From Chrysomallon squamiferum (Eukaryota; Animalia; Mollusca), in contig CM022677.1 in the NCBI GenBank assembly GCA_012295275.1, forward strand, positions 26,226,001 through 26,290,000: a DNA stretch of 64,000 bases, given 5' to 3'. Shown one piece after another: positions 58,526-64,000 of the stretch. The notes under the pieces are model-generated. The model was not told the DNA's origin. It saw only the letters and a list, made by a program, of their open reading frames with translations, and did not search any database. Both the position numbers and the translations under genes were made by a program. Position 1 is the first letter of the stretch. Each line of letters starts with the position of its first letter.

Positions 58526-61500
58526 TCATAGATATAAAATATGTGAAAAATCAAAATAATACAAAATTATATTAAATTTAATCAAAAGTTTAAACATTCA
58601 GAAATAATACTTTTTTAGGCTCTGCTCCTTCCAAAATGAAACCTATTTTAAAAATATTAAAAATAATAAATTGCACTTTTTTAAAGAATGAAAATTAAAT
58701 ACAGCAAACCCATGATGCATGAAAAAAGGGATAATTTATTTTTTGTTTTAAAAGTTTATTGTTATTATTTTCTTATGTGGTTAATGTGATAAGGTTACAG
58801 CAGATGAATCTTCCTCAGAATATTTGATTCATGTTAACTTAACAGAGATTCATTTTCAGATATATATTGAAAAGTAACAAACTTGCCAGAAGAAGTATTA
58901 CTTGTTTGGAGATATTTATTATCCAGATATCACTACATTATAATTTAATAATATTTTTAAAATATTGATAATTATTATTGAAGATCAAGCTGCCAGTTTT
59001 GTAAATAAAACAAAAAAAATTACATTAATATTTCTTTTTTCCTATGTGATAATAAAAGTATTTTTCTACAGTTTATAAAATAAATCTTAGCAAATAAGTT
59101 TTTTATCATTTTATTCAGATATCTAAAACTATAAAAGTAATTTATAAAAATAAATTTAATTAGAATCTACAGGGAAAGAAAACAATAAAACTACAAAAAG
59201 ATAAATGTGTTAAACAGAATAATTATAAACTAAATATACATCTCATTCAGTAAATGGACAATGGTCAATTTATTTAATTAGAATCTACAAGACAGTCTGT
59301 TGGCTCATGCCAGTCAAACTGTCTCATTCAGTAAATGGACAATGGTGACATTATATAGAACATGCACAAACCCTGCACCATAGAACAAAAACCCTGCACC
59401 AGGTTCTCAGTGTGTTGGAATTAATACTAACACAGTCACAGAAGCCTGCACAGGAGGTTTATGTAACAATAACAGAGGTGATTGTTTTTGATTTCAGCAA
59501 AAAGAAGCAACTTAATGTTTTTCCATAAATCAGACATGCAGTTAATTTTTATATATATATATACAAAAATTATAAATGAATACAAAAAAACACCAACAAC
59601 AGCTCTTAAGAAAAAATGTACGTAAACAAAAAAAAGTGTTAATTGTATTTAGGTAAATGAAAATTAACTTGATGAATATGACTTGTGTAGATTTTTTATT
59701 ATTATTTTTTAGTATAAAATTATTTTTTCATTACTGAGGCATCAGAATGAGATTTTTTCGCCAGCAAAAATAAACAAATATGAAAGGGTTTTTGGTTAAA
59801 TGAAATGTTATTACTTTAGTTGATGGACAATGGTCAGCTTGGACAAGACAGTCTGTTGGCACATGCCAGTCAAACTGTCGTAGAACTGTGACATTATATA
59901 GAACATGCACAAACCCTGCACCAGCAAACGGTGGGTCTCAGTGTGCTGGAATTAATACTAACACAATCACAGAAGCCTGCACAGGAGGTTCATGTAACAA
60001 TAACAGAGGTAATTATCTTACTTTAAGCAGCAAAGTAAAGAAGCTTGAAATTGTTCCACTGATCAGTTCAAACTGATCCTGAATTAAATGCTTTATCTGC
60101 TTATATTAATATAAATTACTTATTGAATTTTATGGAGGCTATAAAAAATGTTTCAGTTGACATTCTTGATGAATTCAATAGATTAAAAACAATGAACATA
60201 ATTTTGAGCATATGTGTCCTTTCTCAAGCTCACCGTAATTATGATAGCATTTGCTTTACATTACTGACTTTGTTATTAATGTTAAGTTTTAGATTTATTT
60301 GTTTTGCAATGTTTTTGACAGACATATATCCAAACAACCCCACCAAAAATGTATATTCTCTGAATAATGCTATTTAAAACTAAATAAATAAACAAGTCAC
60401 ATATATAGATACATAAACACTAAGATTTCTCTTCATTTTAATAATAATATACCATATACAAAAACAAATCATCAATTTTATGAATTTTACATCTGAAAAT
60501 ATACATGTCTCAACATAACTTAAGACATTTTATTACTGCAGTAAGAAAGGAAAACAAACATAAAAGAACTGCTCAGGGAATAAAAAAAGATATAATAATA
60601 AATTGTAGAATATTTCCTTCTGTAAATGGACAATTTTTTTTTTTACTAAGGCAAATTATTTCAATAATTTAAAAAAGGAAAGAAAAAGTGAAGTTTATAA
60701 AATGTATCCTGAATGTAAATAAAACAAAATATTGATACTTTAGTGAATGGTCAGTGGTCAGCATGGACAAGACAATATGTTGGTTATTGCCAATCAAATT
60801 GTCAAAGGTCTGTGACATTATACAGAACATGCACAAACCCTGCACCATCAGGTGGTGGGTCTCAGTGTGTTGGAAGTAATACTGACACAATCATAGAAGC
60901 CTGCACAGGAGGTTCATGTAACAATAACCGAGGTGATTTTCATTTTATAATGAATAATGATAGCAGAAAACAATTGAACAGGCACAACAAAGTCAACAGC
61001 ATAAACAAATCCTTTCCAATAAATGTACTAAATATTAGTTCACTATTAAACTGCATTTACACTCTCAGCATATTAATAGGATTATTATTAATAATATTAG
61101 TATATAATTATTTAAAATTACTATAGATATTTGGTTTAATATAATGTTATTAATTTATATAAATTATATAAACTAATATTATTAGTTGAGCATTACTTTA
61201 AGTATCCTTCCTTCAGTGAATGGACAGTGGTCAGCCTGGACAAGACAGACTGTTGGCTTTTGTCTGTCAACTTGTAAACGAACTGTATCACTAGTTAGAA
61301 CCTGCACAAATCCCTCTCCATCAGGTGGGGGTTCGCAGTGTGTTGGAAGTACAACTAGTACTATTACAGAAGATTGCACAGGAGGCCAATGTCAAAGATG
61401 TAATGCTAGTGATATTTCTTGTTACTAACATCTATCTATCAATCTAAATATATATCTATATCTGACATAATCTGCCCATCTTTCTGCCTATACATATCTA

Positions 61501-63900
61501 AGTCTGCCTGCTTGATGTAATTTAAATTTATTCATAAATATCATCACCTGTCTCTTTATCTATTTCTTGACTTGTAGATGTATTGTAATGTTAAATTACA
61601 TATAATTAGTTTATTTATTATATATATATACTATTCACTATTTTACTAACAGAAAGTTTAACTTGTGAACTGATATTGATATTGTTAATGCCAGCTGACT
61701 CAAAGCAGTATTTTTAGGATGTAAAGTTTCTTCAACTATTTTAGTTGATGAGTTTTGTATTGTACAAATCAACGTTCTGTAGTTAAATTTAAACATAAAT
61801 TTCTTTCAAACATTTAACATTCTAGTGTTTACTGATTAAAAGAAATATTAAATTGTATTCCCTTAAGTGAATGGACAGTGGTCAGCTTGGACAAGACAGA
61901 CTGTTGGTTATTGCCAATCAAATTGTCAAAGATCTGTGACATTATACAGAACATGCACAAACCCTGCACCATCAGGTGGTGGGTCTCAGTGTGTTGGAAG
62001 TAATACTAACACAATCATAGAAGCCTGCACAGGAGGTTCATGTAACAATAATAGAGGTGACTGTTTTATTTTTTGTGGTAAACAGCAGAACACTAAACAT
62101 AAGTCATCAGTTATAAATTAATTATATACGTACTCACATATTATTAAGATAAAAGACTTTAAAAATAGAAACACTCTTTAAATTAATTAGATTAACAAAA
62201 AGTCTCTTCATGAAGTCTGCAGTTTCTGTGAGATTACATTTTTAAGACAACAGTATTTATTTTTTTACTAAGAGAAAATAATGTGTCTTGTGGTAAACTT
62301 AAATATTATTCATTTAGTTGATGGACAATGGTCAGCTTGGACAAGACAGTCTGTTGGCACATGCCAGTCAAACTGTCGTAGAACTGTGACATTATATAGA
62401 ACATGCACAAACCCTGCACCAGCAAACGGTGGGTCTCAGTGTGCTGGAATTAATACTAACACAATCACAGAAGCCTGCACAGGAGGTTCATGTAACAATA
62501 ACAGAGGTAATTATCTTACTTTAAGCAGCAAAGTAAAGAAGCTTGAAATTGTTCCACTGATCAGTTCAAACTGATCCTGAATTAAATGCTTTATCTGCTT
62601 ATATTAATATAAATTACTTATTGAATTTTATGGAGGCTATAAAAAAATGTTTCAGTTGACATTCTTGATGAATTCAATAGATTAAAAACAATGAACATAA
62701 TTTTGAGCATATGTGTCCTTTCTCAAGCTCACCGTAATTATGATAGCATTTGCTTTACATTACTGACTTTGTTATTAATGTTAAGTTTTAGATTTATTTG
62801 TTTTGCAATGTTTTTGACAGACATATATCCAAACAACCCCACCAAAAATGTATATTCTCTGAATAATGCTATTTAAAACTAAATAAATAAACAAGTCACA
62901 TATATAGATACATAAACACTAAGATTTCTCTTCATTTTAATAATAATATACCATATACAAAAACAAATCATCAATTTTATGAATTTTACATCTGAAAATA
63001 TACATGTCTCAACATAACTTAAGACATTTTATTACTGCAGTAAGAAAGGAAAACAAACATAAAAGAACTGCTCAGGGAATAAAAAAAGATATAATAATAA
63101 ATTGTAGAATATTTCCTTCTGTAAATGGACAATTTTTTTTTTTTTTTTAAGGCAAATTATTTCAATAATTTAAAAAAGGAAAGAAAAAGTGAAGTTTATA
63201 AAATGTATCCTGAATGTAAATAAAACAAAATATTGATACTTTAGTGAATGGTCAGTGGTCAGCATGGACAAGACAATATGTTGGTTATTGCCAATCAAAT
63301 TGTCAAAGGTCTGTGACATTATACAGAACATGCACAAACCCTGCACCATCAGGTGGTGGGTCTCAGTGTGTTGGAAGTAATACTGACACAATCATAGAAG
63401 CCTGCACAGGAGGTTCATGTAACAATAACCGAGGTGATTTTCATTTTATAATGAATAATGATAGCAGAAAACAATTGAACAGGCACAACAAAGTCAACAG
63501 CATAAACAAATCCTTTCCAATAAATGTACTAAATATTAGTTCACTATTAAACTGCATTTACACTCTCAGCATATTAATAGGATTATTATTAATAATATTA
63601 GTATATAATTATTTAAAATTACTATAGATATTTGGTTTAATATAATGTTACTAATTTATATAAATTATATAAACTAATATTATTAGTTGAGCATTACTTT
63701 AAGTATCCTTCCTTCAGTGAATGGACAGTGGTCAGCCTGGACAAGACAGACTGTTGGCTTTTGTCTGTCAACTTGTAAACGAACTGTATCACTAGTTAGA
63801 ACCTGCACAAATCCCTCTCCATCAGGTGGGGGTTCGCAGTGTGTTGGAAGTACAACTAGTACTATTACAGAAGATTGCACAGGAGGCCAATGTCAAAGAT
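28005..63900 (+). CDS. Gene B (3'-incomplete): secreted CAP-EGF-ShKT-VWA-TSP1 multidomain protein with repeated VWA/TSP1 modules
   Basis: About 43 exons with compatible phases from a signal-peptide exon to the window end; the frame is broken only in the scrambled segments at 37.5 and 59.3 kb. Confidence 0.8.
28180..28520 (+). repeat. Local dispersed element ending in (CA)n/(GA)n; further copies at ~23580-23850 and ~26755-27145
   Basis: Shared tttttgtgcactgagtctgaatcatcag core; tgtgataccgacggagcagaac in two copies. Confidence 0.75.
29085..29225. repeat. (TA)n microsatellite; others include (CA/GT)n 11034, 12921, 15870, 16638, 26100; (GA)n 23764, 27025, 28429, 45451, 58094; (TTA/AAT)n 21428, 31495, 34380; (TTTTA)n 33935
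   Basis: Directly visible. Confidence 0.95.
29367..29404 (+). CDS. Gene B exon 2: propeptide [13 protein letters not shown] with furin site
   Basis: tttcag|ATGAAAGC...GCCTTT|gtgagt; phase 1-0 bridges the signal exon to the phase-0 CAP exon. Confidence 0.8.
30103..30182. repeat. 17-bp tandem repeat (gtatgttgtgctgcagg)
   Basis: About 4.5 visible copies. Confidence 0.85.
30707..34689 (+). CDS. Gene B CAP/SCP domain and hinge (exons 30707-30859, 31806-31896, 32810-32949, 33092-33186, 34601-34689)
   Basis: [60 protein letters not shown]; phases 0-0-1-0-2-1 are consistent. Confidence 0.92.
34988..35364. repeat. Near-perfect inverted repeat (~120-bp arms) around a spacer with a ~40-nt poly-T
   Basis: 34988-35113 is the reverse complement of 35245-35364. 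Confidence 0.9.
35686..35784 (+). CDS. Gene B exon: EGF-like domain (absent from ORF track)
   Basis: [33 protein letters not shown]; phase 1-1. Confidence 0.88.
36242..36367 (+). CDS. Gene B exon: ShKT-like domain
   Basis: [20 protein letters not shown]; phase 1-1. Confidence 0.82.
36880..37260. repeat. ~72-bp degenerate tandem repeat
   Basis: aagtaagt..gttaactggaaatgg..aaaagaaatatgt recurs at 36991, 37063 and beyond. Confidence 0.8.
37443..38078 (+). CDS. Gene B single-exon VWA domain, with a 75-nt stop-containing insertion (37496-37570) as assembled
   Basis: [36 protein letters not shown]; donor CCAT|gtgagt; TAA at 37535. Confidence 0.85.
38346..38537 (+). CDS. Gene B exon: TSP1 domain
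   Basis: [31 protein letters not shown]; phase 1-1. Confidence 0.9.
38545..38995. repeat. ~114-bp tandem repeat x4
   Basis: accatttataattt/acactcattttctata... recurs at about 38548, 38664, 38778, 38890. Confidence 0.85.
39455..39590 (+). pseudogene. Truncated TSP1 pseudo-exon
   Basis: [26 protein letters not shown] runs into a copy of intron sequence 40054-40150; last two Cys and donor missing. Confidence 0.7.
39774..39962 (+). CDS. Gene B exon: TSP1 domain (alternative acceptor at 39780)
   Basis: [20 protein letters not shown]; GCAG|gtaagg. Confidence 0.88.
41212..45054 (+). CDS. Gene B module 1: divergent VWA (41212-41538, 42002-42250), microexon 42533-42544, VWA (42895-43211, 43734-43956), TSP1 (44091-44282), microexon 45043-45054
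   Basis: Near-identical to gene A 2048-5107 with the same exon lengths; extra microexon ccag|GAGTCAATGCAG|gtaaga. Confidence 0.87.
44868..44900 (+). pseudogene. Stump of the giant TSP1 exon with TGG>TGA
   Basis: tatag|CC TGA GGT TCA TGG TCA GCA TTC AGT GCT GTT versus 5640 CC TGG GGT TCA TGG TCA GCA TTC AGT GCG GTT. Confidence 0.85.
46271..53297 (+). CDS. Gene B array of 9 single-TSP1 exons: 46271-46459, 46848-47033, 48822-49004, 50284-50466, 50773-50955, 51251-51430, 52226-52408, 52568-52750, 53130-53297
   Basis: All AG/GT flanked, lengths divisible by 3, phase 1-1, WxAW and six Cys. Confidence 0.88.
49430..50050 (+). mobile_element. Decayed RTE-clade LINE 3' fragment
   Basis: Broken frames give LWWFGDV and [15 protein letters not shown]...EAWKE, like RTE ORF C-termini (WFGHV, WxDDIKEWTG, DRxxW), followed by a GACA/GA-rich tail. 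Confidence 0.55.
51796..57560 (+). repeat. Segmental copy of window positions 1-5670
   Basis: Near-identical exons and introns, offset about 51.8 kb. Confidence 0.95.
53871..57711 (+). CDS. Gene B module 2: divergent VWA (53871-54197, 54663-54911), microexon 55201-55212, VWA (55542-55858, 56391-56613), TSP1 (56748-56939), microexon 57700-57711
   Basis: Same exon structure and lengths as module 1 and gene A. Confidence 0.87.
57525..57557 (+). pseudogene. Second stump of the giant TSP1 exon with TGG>TGA
   Basis: Matches the 44868 stump. Confidence 0.85.
59251..59477 (+). pseudogene. Scrambled TSP1 exon (pseudo-exon or consensus artefact)
   Basis: TSP1 exon pieces interleaved with re-used local fragments (tctcattcagtaaatggacaatggt x2, aaaccctgcacca x2); frame broken. 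Confidence 0.65.
59820..63900 (+). CDS. Gene B array of 7 single-TSP1 exons: 59820-60008, 60744-60932, 61217-61399, 61868-62056, 62318-62506, 63245-63433, 63718-63900
   Basis: Phase 1-1 exons, [17 protein letters not shown]. Confidence 0.88.
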
Positions 63901-64000
63901 GTAATGCTAGTGATATTTCTTGTTACTAACATCTATCTATCAATCTAAATATATATCTATATCTGACATAATCTGCCCATCTTTCTGCCTATACATATCT
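62318..64000 (+). repeat. Near-identical tandem copy of 59820-61500 (~2.5-kb period)
   Basis: Identical ORF translations, including intronic ORFs. Confidence 0.93.

Overview
AT-rich, intron-containing animal genomic DNA, most likely mollusc or another lophotrochozoan (inferred from the Pif/BMSP-type architecture). It holds two head-to-tail + strand genes for very large secreted extracellular-matrix proteins, rebuilt here by hand from splice sites and codon phase. Gene A (3' part only, 422-16810) runs TSP1 x3 - degenerate VWA - VWA - TSP1 - one 5367-bp exon with 29 TSP1 repeats - TSP1 - three chitin-binding (CBM14-like) modules - LamG3/ConA-like domain - stop. Gene B (5' part only, ATG 28005 to the window end) runs signal peptide - RKKR propeptide - CAP/SCP domain lacking its conserved His residues - EGF - ShKT - VWA - TSP1s, then repeated [degenerate VWA - microexon - VWA - TSP1 - microexon - TSP1 x n] modules. 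These modules are near-identical to gene A's, introns included. Almost all domain boundaries are phase-1 introns. Other features are 12-15 nt microexons, a GC-AG intron, dead relics of the giant exon, an internally duplicated satellite-rich spacer, two long inverted repeats and an RTE-like LINE remnant. Two exons are scrambled (37.5 kb, 59.3 kb) and may be assembly artefacts. Most short entries in the ORF track are repeat-derived and spurious.
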